Below are positions 1 to 9,821 of a stretch of DNA of 64,000 nt, piece after piece (the first letter of the stretch is position 1; every line of letters begins with the position of its first letter). The notes under the pieces were generated by a model. That model did not search any database. It worked only from the letters and a program-made list of their open reading frames with translations, and was not told where the DNA came from. The stretch covers positions 4,736,001 through 4,800,000 of the forward strand of contig OZ257156.1 in NCBI GenBank assembly GCA_965279375.1, read 5' to 3'. The position numbers and the translations under genes are program-made. This DNA is from Gemmatimonas sp. (GTDB lineage Bacteria; Gemmatimonadota; Gemmatimonadetes; Gemmatimonadales; Gemmatimonadaceae).

Positions 1-951
1 CGGCGGTTCATGCGACGGCGTACCGCCGGCGGCAGCAATCGTCGCGTCATACAACGTTCGCGCGGTGTCGTTCATGGCGAGATTCCACGCGTCGACGATG
101 CGATGCGCCGTGCGCGCGACGCGATTGTACCGCTCACGCGCCGCGCCCGTTTTCGCGGCCACGACGCCACTCACGCCAATCACGAACGTGTAGTCGGAAG
201 GCCACGGCACCGAGCGTTCATGGCGAACCGGCGCCCATCCGAACACGTCGAGCTGCTTGGGCGCGGAACAGAGAATTGCCGTCTGATCCTGCGCGCCGCC
301 CATCGTCCCTACGCCGCGTTCCCCGCGCAACACACCAAAATCGGCACCGTTCTCCAGCGCACCGACATATCCAGCCAGTTGCACGCGATCAGGAATCGCC
401 TGTGGCCACAGCTCGTGCGACGGCAAGTCGCTCAGCGCCGCGAACACCACGGCGAGTCCGACGGTCAGCGCGCTCGAACTCGAGACCCCAGCGGCGGAGG
501 GCAGATTGCTCGCCAGCGCGAGCTGACAGCCCTGCAACTGCTCACCAAAGTTGTGCACCAGTCGTCGCACGACGGTGCGCGGATAGACCGCCCACGGCAA
601 GCTGCCATGCTGCCCCGGCGCGAACGGTATCGACACCGCTTCGCGCCGCCTCGCATCACGCACGACGAGCGTACGCTCCTCGTGTGGTCGCGCCACGATC
701 GCGATCCCCCGCTCGACGGTGCACAACAGCGAGCGTCCGCCGGCGTAGTCCACGTGCTTACCCAGCACTTCGATGCGCCCGGGCACGATCCACTCCCGTC
801 GTCCATCGCGCGGCACATTGCCATCATCCAGCGCGCGGTGCGCTTCGCGCAGCAGCTTGCGATACTGCTCGGCGGCGCGTCCAGCAATGCCCGACGCCTC
901 GAACGGCACGCGAACCAGTGTGGTATCGAGCCCGGGCAGCAGCACGTTCAC
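1..951 (-). CDS. Galactokinase-like GHMP kinase (3' end runs off the window)
   Basis: Not in the ORF track. Manual translation from GTG at 951 gives VPGRIEVLGKHVDYAGG (galactokinase N-terminal motif) and SNLPSAAGVSSSSA (GHMP ATP-binding loop). Start approximate. Confidence 0.8.
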   Translation of the reverse strand, partial: MNVLLPGLDTTLVRVPFEASGIAGRAAEQYRKLLREAHRALDDGNVPRDGRREWIVPGRIEVLGKHVDYAGGRSLLCTVERGIAIVARPHEERTLVVRDARRREAVSIPFAPGQHGSLPWAVYPRTVVRRLVHNFGEQLQGCQLALASNLPSAAGVSSSSALTVGLAVVFAALSDLPSHELWPQAIPDRVQLAGYVGALENGADFGVLRGERGVGTMGGAQDQTAILCSAPKQLDVFGWAPVRHERSVPWPSDYTFVIGVSGVVAAKTGAARERYNRVARTAHRIVDAWNLAMNDTARTLYDATIAAAGGTPSHEPP

Positions 952-985
952 CGGCATGCGCTCACGTTCTCACACACGCTGTCGT

Positions 986-1798
986 TCACGGCCGCGGCTC
1001 CAGGTGCGCGAGCTGCGCAACGACCGACGGGATATCCGAGCGACGCGAGAGATCCAGCACCGCAGCCGACATGCGGATCGCCGACACGTGCACGCCCTCC
1101 TGAATCGCGAGACCGACAGCCTCGGGCAGCTCGAATTCGCCGCGCGCGGACTTGGGCACGCGACGACACGCATCCACCAGCGCCGGCGTGATCGCCCAGC
1201 AGTTCATCCCCACCCAACGAGCCGCCGGCGATGAAAGATCGAGCGACGCCCCCGGCTTCTCGATGATGCCGCGCAAGCGATCGGCGTCATCAACATCCAG
1301 CACGGCAAACGACCGCACGCGTTCCGCATCGATGTTTCCTTCGCGCACCAACGCGTCGCGATCGAAGGCGATCGTCGCGGCGCGCGACTCGGCGGCCAGC
1401 GCACGCAGTGCGTCCACCGGGTAGTAGTTGTCGGCGTTGAGCACGAGAAACGGCACGTCGCCCGCGACGCGTGCGGCCGCGACGACGGCGTCGGCCGTAC
1501 CCAACGCGTCGTTCTGCACAGCAAAGCGAACAGCAACGCGCTCCGGCGGCGCGTCCACCGTGAAGTACGTGCGAATGGCGTCGTGCTCCGGACCGATCAC
1601 CAGCACCACATCGCGAATGCCGGCATCAGCGAGGGCACTGAGCACGTAGTCGAGAAAGGGACGACGAATCGGAATCATCCCCTTCACGCCGCTGTCTGCC
1701 GCCGCCGATTGCGCACCGTCCAATTGCGCTGCCGCATCTTCCCGACGCATGCGCGAGCCGAGCCCTCGCGCCAGAATCGCTGCGGTGGTGATCCTCAC
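986..1798 (-). CDS. Sugar-phosphate nucleotidyltransferase (NTP_transferase family)
   Basis: AILARGLGSRMR..KGMIPI, LGTADA, NADNYY, EKP and GEFELPEA motifs. GTG start at 1798 overlaps the upstream stop (GTGA). Confidence 0.85.
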   Translation of the reverse strand: MRITTAAILARGLGSRMRREDAAAQLDGAQSAAADSGVKGMIPIRRPFLDYVLSALADAGIRDVVLVIGPEHDAIRTYFTVDAPPERVAVRFAVQNDALGTADAVVAAARVAGDVPFLVLNADNYYPVDALRALAAESRAATIAFDRDALVREGNIDAERVRSFAVLDVDDADRLRGIIEKPGASLDLSSPAARWVGMNCWAITPALVDACRRVPKSARGEFELPEAVGLAIQEGVHVSAIRMSAAVLDLSRRSDIPSVVAQLAHLEPRP

Positions 1799-3186
1799 GT
1801 GCTCGCTTTCACGCCCATGGCTGCAGGCGCCGATCGCCACGCGCCACGTGTGAAGTCCGGAAACTTCACCGGCGCGCTACCCTTGCGTGCAGACTCTTCG
1901 CTGAGCGGGAACGGCGCGCTCCACGCCGCCGCATCGTACACATCGAAGTCCGGCGCGAGCCCTTCACGCATGCACTGCACCAGACGATACGCCATCACGA
2001 AGTCCATACCGCCATGGCCGCCGTTCTTCCGCGCGAGATCGCCCACAGCGGTCCAGAGAGGATGCTCGTACTTCTTGCCCATATCGGCGAGCGGCGTCCA
2101 CTTCTCACCACCAGCTGCGCCATCGATGTAGAGCCGCGGCGGATAGTCGTTGAAGATCGCCTTGGAGCCCTGCAGGTTGTTGAGCCGCGAGTACGGACGC
2201 GGGTTCACGACATCGTGCTGCAGCAGAATCGTACGTCCCATCGCCGTCTTCACGAGCGACGAGTTCACATCCCCGGCCTTGTACTTCTCCGCCCACTTGG
2301 GATTGTCCTTGGGGACATGCTCTTCGCGCCACTCGGACAAACCCGACTCGGGGGACGCCATCGACACCATATAGTCGAAGCGATCGCCGCGGTGAATGCC
2401 AAGGTACTGCGCCACCGGACCGAGACCGTGCGTCGGATAGAAGTTTGCGTTGCGCTGCGTATGCGGCAGACGACGCCAGAGTCCTTCGTCCTTGTCCTCG
2501 AACAGGATCTCGCGCAGATCGTGCAGATACGCCGCCTCGGCGTGCAGCAGCGTGCCGAACACGCCCTGCCGCACCATCTGCAGCACCGTGAGTTCACTGT
2601 TGCCGTAGCAGCAGTTCTCCATCATCAGGCAGTGGCGGCGCGTCTTCTCCGACGTCTCCACGAGCGCCCAGCAATCCTCCAGCGTCATCGCGATCGTGAC
2701 TTCGCTCCCGACATGCTTGCCGGCACGCATTGCCGCCAGCGACACAGGCGTGTGAAAGAGCCACGGCGTTGCGGTGTACACGAAGTCGATGTCGTTGCGC
2801 TGCACCAGACGTTCGTAGTCGCGCTCACCATTGGTGTAGAGCGCCGGCGCCGGCTGCCCCGCTTTCACCACCATGTCCGATGCGCGCTTGGCCTTCGCTT
2901 CCACGACATCGCACAGCGCGGTGATCTGCACGCCTTCCACGGCGAGAAACTCGCTCAGCATGGAGCGGCCACGCAGCCCCGTGCCCACGATCGCGATGCG
3001 CACCGTCTGGTGCTTCTCGAACGGAACGCCGAGCATCCGTTGGCCATCGCCCACCGGTGGCGCTGTGAGGTCCACGCGCCAGTCGTCGGTGGCAGCGAGC
3101 AGTCGCGCCGGAGTTGCCGTGATTGCACCGGCCGCCAAGGCGGCCGCACCGGACAGCAGATCGCGACGACTCAGACGCTGGCTCAC
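1795..3186 (-). CDS. Tat-exported NAD-dependent glycoside hydrolase family 109 (alpha-N-acetylgalactosaminidase-like, Gfo/Idh/MocA fold)
   Basis: SRRDLL Tat motif, Rossmann IVGTGLRG, and GH109-type MENCCY, YPTHGLGP and GGHGGMD motifs. Confidence 0.85.
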   Translation of the reverse strand: MSQRLSRRDLLSGAAALAAGAITATPARLLAATDDWRVDLTAPPVGDGQRMLGVPFEKHQTVRIAIVGTGLRGRSMLSEFLAVEGVQITALCDVVEAKAKRASDMVVKAGQPAPALYTNGERDYERLVQRNDIDFVYTATPWLFHTPVSLAAMRAGKHVGSEVTIAMTLEDCWALVETSEKTRRHCLMMENCCYGNSELTVLQMVRQGVFGTLLHAEAAYLHDLREILFEDKDEGLWRRLPHTQRNANFYPTHGLGPVAQYLGIHRGDRFDYMVSMASPESGLSEWREEHVPKDNPKWAEKYKAGDVNSSLVKTAMGRTILLQHDVVNPRPYSRLNNLQGSKAIFNDYPPRLYIDGAAGGEKWTPLADMGKKYEHPLWTAVGDLARKNGGHGGMDFVMAYRLVQCMREGLAPDFDVYDAAAWSAPFPLSEESARKGSAPVKFPDFTRGAWRSAPAAMGVKAST

Positions 3187-4172
3187 TTGGCACCTCGAAT
3201 TTCGGAGTGATCACCGATCGTCAGGGATCCGGACATGCCCTCCACGATCACCGCATCGCCGAGGAACGCGTGATGCAGCGTGGAGTCCGTGATCTGGCTC
3301 TTGTCGCCGATGACCGCGTCGCTGATGGTGGAGTTGCGCACCACGCTGCCGGCGCCGAGCGACACGTTTGGCCCGACCGTCGACTGCTCGATCGTGCAGC
3401 CATCCTCGATGTACACCGGTTCGATGATCGTCGCGCCGGCTCCGAGCGATGCCGGCTTCCGCGCACGCCCCTTCTCCAGCATGGTGCGGTTCGTGTCGAG
3501 CAACGTCTCGAGCTGTCCGGCGTCGTACCACCCTTCGACGTCGACCACCTTGATGCGCGCGCCCTTGTCGATCATGTACTGGAACGCATCGGTGAGATAC
3601 CACTCGCCCTTGTGCGGCGTGGTGGTCAGCACGTGATCGATGCCCTCAAAGAGCAGCTTGAAGTTCTTGATGTAGTAGAGCCCGATGTTCGCGCGCTTGG
3701 AGATCGGCGTGCTCGGCTTCTCGACGATCTTCGTCATGAATCCGTCGGCATCGGTGACCACGACGCCAAAGCGCTGGTAGTCCTCGACCTCCTTGGTCCA
3801 GATGATGCCGTCGGCATCCGTGTCCTTCACGATGCTCAGATCCGCGTCGAAGATCGTATCCACGAAGATGATCAGCACCGGCTGGTCGGCGTAGTCACGC
3901 GCGAGCGAAATCGCCCCTGCGGTGCCGTCCTGCACCTTCTGCTCGATGAACACGCTCGGGATGTCGTACGCCTTTCGCACATACGACTCCACCTTTTCCT
4001 TCAGGTGGCCGGTGATGTACACGACCTGTTCGACGTTCCCCAGCTTGAGCACGTCGTCCATCACGTAGCTCATCACCGGACGGCCGGCCACCTTGAGCAT
4101 CGGCTTCGGAACCACGTGCGTGTGCGGGCGAAGGCGCGTCCCTTTCCCGGCGAGCGGAATAATGACTTTCAT
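3183..4172 (-). CDS. Sugar-1-phosphate nucleotidyltransferase with C-terminal hexapeptide repeats (RmlA/GlmU-like)
   Basis: Starts MKVIIPLAGKGTRLRPHT..PKPML. Has VEKP and WYDAG motifs and a left-handed beta-helix tail. Confidence 0.9.
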   Translation of the reverse strand: MKVIIPLAGKGTRLRPHTHVVPKPMLKVAGRPVMSYVMDDVLKLGNVEQVVYITGHLKEKVESYVRKAYDIPSVFIEQKVQDGTAGAISLARDYADQPVLIIFVDTIFDADLSIVKDTDADGIIWTKEVEDYQRFGVVVTDADGFMTKIVEKPSTPISKRANIGLYYIKNFKLLFEGIDHVLTTTPHKGEWYLTDAFQYMIDKGARIKVVDVEGWYDAGQLETLLDTNRTMLEKGRARKPASLGAGATIIEPVYIEDGCTIEQSTVGPNVSLGAGSVVRNSTISDAVIGDKSQITDSTLHHAFLGDAVIVEGMSGSLTIGDHSEIRGAK

Positions 4173-4356
4173 GGGCAGAATTGATTCGTGGCAACGATGT
4201 CGCGGATGGCACGAATGGCCGCGCGACGAGGCGGGGAAGCACACTCCAAAAATGCAGCGCGGCGACAGCCCCGGGGAGGGGATATCGCCGATCAATCATC
4301 CAAGCTGACGCATGCAGCCGAACGACGTCACGGGTGACGCCGTTGCACGTACCGCA

Positions 4357-4734
4357 TCAGGGCGCGCTGGTCCCTTCGCGACCGTACCGATCCTTGATCC
4401 GCACCACGTCGTCCAACTCCGGCGTACTGGCCTCGAGCACGTCGCAATCGGTCACGGCCTCCATGTAGTGGATCGTGCCCGGCGTGATACGAAACGACTG
4501 CCCGGCCACCAGACGCTGGTCCCGTAGCTGATCGTCGCCCGGGAGCTGCACCCAGTAGTTCATCTCGCCCGTGAGCAGGTACACGGTCTCGTCCTTGCGC
4601 TCGTGATACTGCACCGAGAGCGCATGGCCGGCCGTGATATGGAGAATCTTCCCGACGTAGCGATCCGTGTGCGCCCAGATCGTTTCGTGTCCCCACGGCT
4701 TCGGAACATGCGTCACATCAACCCGACCACTCAT
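4357..4734 (-). CDS. Cupin-domain protein (type II mannose-6-phosphate isomerase-like)
   Basis: KPWGHE, LSVQYHERKDET, PGTIH and EASTPELDDVVRIKDRYGR motifs. Confidence 0.85.
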   Translation of the reverse strand: MSGRVDVTHVPKPWGHETIWAHTDRYVGKILHITAGHALSVQYHERKDETVYLLTGEMNYWVQLPGDDQLRDQRLVAGQSFRITPGTIHYMEAVTDCDVLEASTPELDDVVRIKDRYGREGTSAP

Positions 4735-4839
4735 GCCAGCACCTCAAGATTGAAATAGGCCACGCCGTCAACACATTCCGACGGTCGCGCACCACCTGTC
4801 GTCACATCGAGTACTCCGAAACCCGGCCTTCCCGCTCCG

Positions 4840-6951
4840 TCAGCGCTTGCCAAGCGAGAGGCGATAGTACGACGCAAAGGGACTGTCGGTGTTGCCATAA
4901 GGATCGAGCCAGATCGCGTCGGGCTCGGCGGTGACCCGCACCGAAATCTGCTGGACATCCTGACGCGCGTCCCCGCGAACGATCGTCCATCCTTCCGCCG
5001 TTCGCACCCCCACCGGCATCGGATGCCGATACGCGCCCGGTACCCGCGAGAGCTGTGCCGTCACCACCCAGCCGTCGCCGTCCTTGCGGACCGTTGGCGT
5101 CCGAAGCCGATAGTCGATCACGCCGGTTGTGCTGACCCACTGATCGAAGAACCACCCCAGCGACCGCTTCGACACACGTTCGGCGGCACTTTGCATCGCC
5201 CACCGATCGACGTGGCGAAACTGCCAGCGCGCGTAGTAGTCGCGGAGAAAACTCTGGAAGTCCTCTTCGCCCAACAGGTCGTGCAGCGCCTGGTACATCG
5301 ACTGCGCCCGGTCATAGACCATGTCGTTGTATGTCGGGAACGATCGGAAGAGATCGGCGCGCGTGCCGATCGGCTCCGCACTCCCCTCGCGCACGAGCCG
5401 CCCCTGCACCGCCGTGATCGAATCGAGATGCTGCCGCAGCGCGGCCACGGCGGCACTGGCCGGGCGCGACGGATCACGGTCGTTGCTCATCGCCAGACGC
5501 GCCGCCAGCAGCACGCGCGACTGCCCCTGCTGGAGCGCCGTTTGATACGAGGTCAGCCCCTCGTCCATCCACGCCGACTGCCACTCGTTGTTGGCGAGAA
5601 TGCCGAAAGTGAAAATGTGCCCTACTTCGTGCAGCGTCAGGTCCAACGACGCCGAACCGTTGTCCACGAGCATCGGGAATTCCGTGCCGCCGCCGTCGAT
5701 GCGCTTGAGGATTGTCAACTGCGGATACGGATAGTCGCCATACAGCGCTTCGAGCCACCGCAGCGATTGCATCGCATAGCGCAGCGCCTTGCCACCTTCC
5801 CACTGCGTCTTGGACGAATCGATGCACGCATCCACGAGACGCGTATAGCGCACACTGTCGTTCCACAGCGCGTTGTAGGCGCGCGGGCAATCGTCCGTCG
5901 CGTCCACGCGATACAGCGTATGCACGGACACGGTATCCCAGATCGGGAAGCGCCACGCTTCCGCCGGTGGACGCACATACGACGCGCCCTCATAGCGAAA
6001 GCCCGGTGACACACTCCACGCGAAGTGGTGCACATCACGCGCATAGAAGCGCACCGCCCGATACCCATTGCCCGGCGCGACCTTGGGACCCTCCGGCAGG
6101 TTGCGATACGCGTTCGCAGCAAGACGCGGCCGCTCGCTCCCCGGCGTCATCACACGCGCCCACCCCGGATCACCGCTCACCGGCACGCCCGTGGCGCCCA
6201 CCACTTCGTCGTTGGGGAGCACCAACGTCACGTCGAACGAGCCGAACTCCCCATAGAACTCGCCGGCCGGCACCAGCGCGTTCGGATGCCATCCGGCGCG
6301 GTCATACACCGCCACCTTGGGAAACCACTGCGAGAAGTCGTAGCTGCGTCCACGCCGTCCCTGCCGACGCGCCACCGTGGACGGGCGCGCCTCCCACGCA
6401 AACGTCACCGTGATCGAGTCGCCGGGGGCCAACGGCGTAGGCAACGTCAGCCGCACTACGGAGCTGTCGGGTGCAATCGGATAGTCCGGCAGCACGGCCG
6501 TGTTGCCGATGCGCGGTGCCGCCGTGAAACGCTCGTACGCGAAATCCGGCTCGGCCAACTTCTGAAAGCGCTGCCGCCCTTCGCGTTCGTCCGTCGCCGA
6601 CCAGCGCGATTCCGGACGGAACGCATTGAGATGCTGATGCAACCACAGCTCACGCAGGACATCCGGGCTGTGATTCACGTAGCGCAGCGTCCCCGACGCG
6701 CGAATGCCACCCATGCGCTCGTCGAGCGTGGCGACGATCGTGTAGTCGGCACGCTGCTGCCAGTAGCCCGTGGTGTCGCCACCGCGCGGCGACGTGGACG
6801 GTGCCGTGGGAATGCGCGGCGCGGTCGGCCCTTGCCCCGGCAACGGCGCGCGCTGCGCCATCGCGTGCGGCGCCAGCGCGACGAGAGGCAGCAGCAACGC
6901 CATCGCCTGCAGCAGCGCTCGGTGCGGCGCGAATTCGAATCGGCGGGTCAT
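4840..6951 (-). CDS. Exported M1-family zinc aminopeptidase
   Basis: Signal peptide, YWQQRADY, GGTEFP (GxMEN-like), and HEVGH followed downstream by WMDEG (zinc motif). Confidence 0.9.
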   Translation of the reverse strand: MTRRFEFAPHRALLQAMALLLPLVALAPHAMAQRAPLPGQGPTAPRIPTAPSTSPRGGDTTGYWQQRADYTIVATLDERMGGIRASGTLRYVNHSPDVLRELWLHQHLNAFRPESRWSATDEREGRQRFQKLAEPDFAYERFTAAPRIGNTAVLPDYPIAPDSSVVRLTLPTPLAPGDSITVTFAWEARPSTVARRQGRRGRSYDFSQWFPKVAVYDRAGWHPNALVPAGEFYGEFGSFDVTLVLPNDEVVGATGVPVSGDPGWARVMTPGSERPRLAANAYRNLPEGPKVAPGNGYRAVRFYARDVHHFAWSVSPGFRYEGASYVRPPAEAWRFPIWDTVSVHTLYRVDATDDCPRAYNALWNDSVRYTRLVDACIDSSKTQWEGGKALRYAMQSLRWLEALYGDYPYPQLTILKRIDGGGTEFPMLVDNGSASLDLTLHEVGHIFTFGILANNEWQSAWMDEGLTSYQTALQQGQSRVLLAARLAMSNDRDPSRPASAAVAALRQHLDSITAVQGRLVREGSAEPIGTRADLFRSFPTYNDMVYDRAQSMYQALHDLLGEEDFQSFLRDYYARWQFRHVDRWAMQSAAERVSKRSLGWFFDQWVSTTGVIDYRLRTPTVRKDGDGWVVTAQLSRVPGAYRHPMPVGVRTAEGWTIVRGDARQDVQQISVRVTAEPDAIWLDPYGNTDSPFASYYRLSLGKR

Positions 6952-7030
6952 CGCAGGAACGTAAGGATCGGGAGGGAGGAGGCAACATGCGCGGCGCGAT
7001 CACGCTCGGACGCGCGCATACATGCACATA

Positions 7031-7066
7031 CACGAAGGGCGCGGCTGCCCGCTGGCAACCGCGCCC
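7031..7066 (-). terminator. Hairpin after atpH, probable terminator
   Basis: Minus strand GGGCGCGGTTGCC-AGCG-GGCAGCCGCGCCC followed by TTCGTG. The U-tract is weak. Confidence 0.5.
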
Positions 7067-7114
7067 CTGGCGCATGCGAGATCAACAAGTCTTCAGCAGA
7101 GACTCAGCTGACGA

Positions 7115-7672
7115 TCAACCAACCGGACGGGTGAGCATCTTGCGACGCAGCATGCCCAGCCGGCGACGGAGCGAGCCATCCATCACCGTGTCGCCCAGCC
7201 GCACCACGACGCCGCCGAGGATCGACGCGTCCACCGCAACGTGCGGCACGACCGTCTTGCCGACGACCTTGGAGAGCTGCGCAGCGATGCTGTCGCGCTC
7301 TTCGTCCGCGATCGCCTTGGCGACGGTGACCTTGGCGTGCACGATGCCGTTGGAGGCATCGAGCAGCGTGTCGTATTCGTCGGCGATGTCCGGAATCAGC
7401 ATCTGGCGACGGTTGTGCACGAGCGTCACCAGGAACTTCATGAACATGCGCGGCACGCGGTCGCCGAGTGCGCGCGTCAGCACCAGCGTCTTCTGCTCGG
7501 TGGCGATGCGCGGCGACTCGAGGAACTTGAAGAGCGTGACATCGGTCGACATCGCGCTCGCCACCTGGCGCAGCATGACACCCCAGCCCGCGGCATCGTC
7601 AGCGCGACGGCCGAGCGTCAGCAGCGTTTCCGCGTAGTTGCGGGCAACCGTTTCGCCCTGACCGGCGCTCAT
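7115..7672 (-). CDS. atpH: ATP synthase F1 subunit delta
   Basis: VARNYAETL, FLESPRI and VDASILGGVVVRLGDTVMDGS motifs; operon position. Confidence 0.95.
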   Translation of the reverse strand: MSAGQGETVARNYAETLLTLGRRADDAAGWGVMLRQVASAMSTDVTLFKFLESPRIATEQKTLVLTRALGDRVPRMFMKFLVTLVHNRRQMLIPDIADEYDTLLDASNGIVHAKVTVAKAIADEERDSIAAQLSKVVGKTVVPHVAVDASILGGVVVRLGDTVMDGSLRRRLGMLRRKMLTRPVG

Positions 7673-8319
7673 CCGCGGACGCCCTTCGCCCCGTCCAGCG
7701 AGGTCAGGAACGTCTCGACGATGCGGCGGTTGTTCGCCGAGTCGAGGTTCTGCTCGATGACACGCGACGCACCGGCGATCGCGAGATCAACCGCTTCGTT
7801 GCGCAGGCTGGCGATCGCGGCGGACTTCTCGCCTTCGATCACGCGACGCGCCTGCTCGATCATCTCTTCCTGCTGCGACTTCGTCTGCGCGAGCATGTCG
7901 GCGCGCATCTTCTCGGCGACCGCGCGACCATCGGCGATCAGCTTCTGCGCTTCGCCGCGCCCGGACTCGAGCTGCGTGCGATGCTGCGCGAGGAGTTCAG
8001 CGGCTTCGGCACGATCACGCTTGGCGCCGTCGATCGCATCTTCGAGCGCCTTTTCGCGCGCTTCGACCGCGGCGAACAGCGGCTTGAAGGCGAACTTGGA
8101 GAGGACGACGCAGAGCAGCACGAAGACGATCAGCGTCCAGAACATCAGCCCGGCCTTGGGCTCCAGCAAATTCACCGGACCGGTCGACGGCTCGTTGGCC
8201 AGCGCCGGGGCGGCAGACAGCGTGATCGTCGCGCCGAGGGCGGCGACACGGAACAGCGAGGCGCGGAACGCCGAGGCGCCGAAGCGCGAATCGCGAATGC
8301 GCGAGAGCAGGACGAGCAT
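7669..8319 (-). CDS. atpF: ATP synthase F0 subunit b, with N-terminal extension
   Basis: GLMFWTLIVFVLL..KFAFKP transmembrane segment followed by a coiled coil; lies between atpE and atpH. Confidence 0.93.
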   Translation of the reverse strand: MLVLLSRIRDSRFGASAFRASLFRVAALGATITLSAAPALANEPSTGPVNLLEPKAGLMFWTLIVFVLLCVVLSKFAFKPLFAAVEAREKALEDAIDGAKRDRAEAAELLAQHRTQLESGRGEAQKLIADGRAVAEKMRADMLAQTKSQQEEMIEQARRVIEGEKSAAIASLRNEAVDLAIAGASRVIEQNLDSANNRRIVETFLTSLDGAKGVRG

Positions 8320-8342
8320 GTGGGATACGCTGGATGTAGTAC

Positions 8343-8370
8343 AGCGGAGCGCCCGGACGGACGCTCCGCT
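8343..8370. other. Intercistronic stem-loop between atpE and atpF
   Basis: AGCGGAGCG (8343-8351) pairs perfectly with CGCTCCGCT (8362-8370); no U-tract. Confidence 0.45.
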
Positions 8371-8385
8371 CGCACAGTGGAACGC

Positions 8386-8664
8386 TTAGAACGTGACCTT
8401 GTTCTGGATCAAGAAGCCGATAACGACGCCGAACAGCGCGGCGCCTTCAACGAGCGCGGCCAGGATGAGCGCCGCGGTCTGAATGCGACCCGCCGCTTCC
8501 GGCTGACGCGCCATGCCTTCCACTGCCGAACCACCGATCTGGCCAATGCCGATACCGGCGCCAATCGCGCCACCCGCGGCGGCAATGCCGGCGCCGATCA
8601 GCGCCATGCCGCGCGCATCCGTGCCCGCAACGGCTGCCTGCAAAAGACCCATCACTTCGACCAT
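8386..8664 (-). CDS. atpE: ATP synthase F0 subunit c
   Basis: GAGIGIG, ARQPE and LVEGAALF motifs; GGAG precedes the ATG at 8664. Confidence 0.97.
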   Translation of the reverse strand: MVEVMGLLQAAVAGTDARGMALIGAGIAAAGGAIGAGIGIGQIGGSAVEGMARQPEAAGRIQTAALILAALVEGAALFGVVIGFLIQNKVTF

Positions 8665-8826
8665 GAGAAACTCCAAACGTATGCGTTGAGAACTTCGCTC
8701 CTCTGACACAGCGACGGGTCGCTGCATGGCTCGTCCCCGGGCGTGAGCCCAACGAGCCTCACCGGTCACTCAACCGGCTACGTCATCACGTCTGGGAGCA
8801 CCGGACGCGACGTCCTGCAACTGTGG

Positions 8827-9807
8827 TTAATGATGCGCTTCGCGAATCTGGCCGATGAACACGCACGCCAGCAGCGTGAAGATGAAGGCCTGCAAGAAGG
8901 ACACGAACAGTTCCAGCATGCTGATCGCCGTTGCCAACAGCACCGGCACACCGGCCAGCGCCCAGCTCTGGAACGTGAAGATCAGACCGATGATCGCCAG
9001 CAACACGATGTGTCCCGCCGTCATGTTGGCGAAGAGACGAATCGTCAGCGCGAACGGCTTGGAGATCTTGCCCACCATTTCGACAGGCGACATCACGAAG
9101 AACATGATGACGCGCATGACGATGGGGAGATCCTTGTTCCAGTAGAAGATCGTGCTCAGATAGCCCAACCCGTTGGCGCGAATGCCGGCGACTTCAACGA
9201 CAATGGCCGTGATGACCGCCAACGTCAGCGTCACCGAGATGTTGCCGGTCGCCGTGGAGCCGTACGGCAGCATGCCGAACAGATTGCACACGAGGATGAA
9301 GAAGAAGAGCGTCAGCGCGAACGGCACGAACGCTTCGCCATGATGGCCAACATTCGGCAGCACGACTTCGTTGCGCAGGTAGAGCGCCATCGCTTCCATC
9401 GTGCCGGCAAATCCGTGCGAGCGCCCCTTGGTCGCATGCTGCTTCTTGCTCGCGGAACCGGCCGAGATGAGCAGCAGCGCGACGATGATCGCCGCCGCCA
9501 CGATGAACACCACGTGCTTCGTGGGCGACAGATCGATTGCCATCCCGCCGATGTGCACCGGCTCCCATTCCGGGAGCTCGATCTCACCGTAGAATGGCGC
9601 CGTGAACGTCGGATACTCGAGATGACGCGAGTCCGTGATGTGCGGCGTGATGATATCCACTGGCCCTGCGGCGGCCGCGTGCGGCGCACTCTGCTCGGCG
9701 GCCTGTTCGACAGGCACGACGGCGGGAACCAGCGTGGAATCCGTCTGCGCCTGCATTGCGGCAGGGGCGACGGCGAGCATAGCGGCGAAACACAACGAAC
9801 GGAGCAT
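8827..9807 (-). CDS. atpB: ATP synthase F0 subunit a
   Basis: KPFALTIRLFANMTAGH and ELFVSFLQAFIF motifs. Confidence 0.97.
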   Translation of the reverse strand: MLRSLCFAAMLAVAPAAMQAQTDSTLVPAVVPVEQAAEQSAPHAAAAGPVDIITPHITDSRHLEYPTFTAPFYGEIELPEWEPVHIGGMAIDLSPTKHVVFIVAAAIIVALLLISAGSASKKQHATKGRSHGFAGTMEAMALYLRNEVVLPNVGHHGEAFVPFALTLFFFILVCNLFGMLPYGSTATGNISVTLTLAVITAIVVEVAGIRANGLGYLSTIFYWNKDLPIVMRVIMFFVMSPVEMVGKISKPFALTIRLFANMTAGHIVLLAIIGLIFTFQSWALAGVPVLLATAISMLELFVSFLQAFIFTLLACVFIGQIREAHH

Positions 9808-9821
9808 CCCGAGAGTCCGGG

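Noticed and set aside
948..989. 13-codon GTG-started mini-ORF bridging the nucleotidyltransferase stop and the kinase start
   Set aside because: Could couple translation, but it is too short and GTGA overlaps arise easily; no independent support.
10..1191. Long antisense ORFs in the track (e.g. 10-1191, 20453-22387, 31709-33727, 34970-36268)
   Set aside because: Shadow frames of well-supported opposite-strand genes; expected in GC-rich DNA and without recognisable motifs.
8386..8664. Possible Na+-coupled ATP synthase (Gln in helix 1 of subunit c)
   Set aside because: The Gln is offset from the Na+-ligand position, and the Glu is followed by GA rather than S/T, so it looks H+-type.
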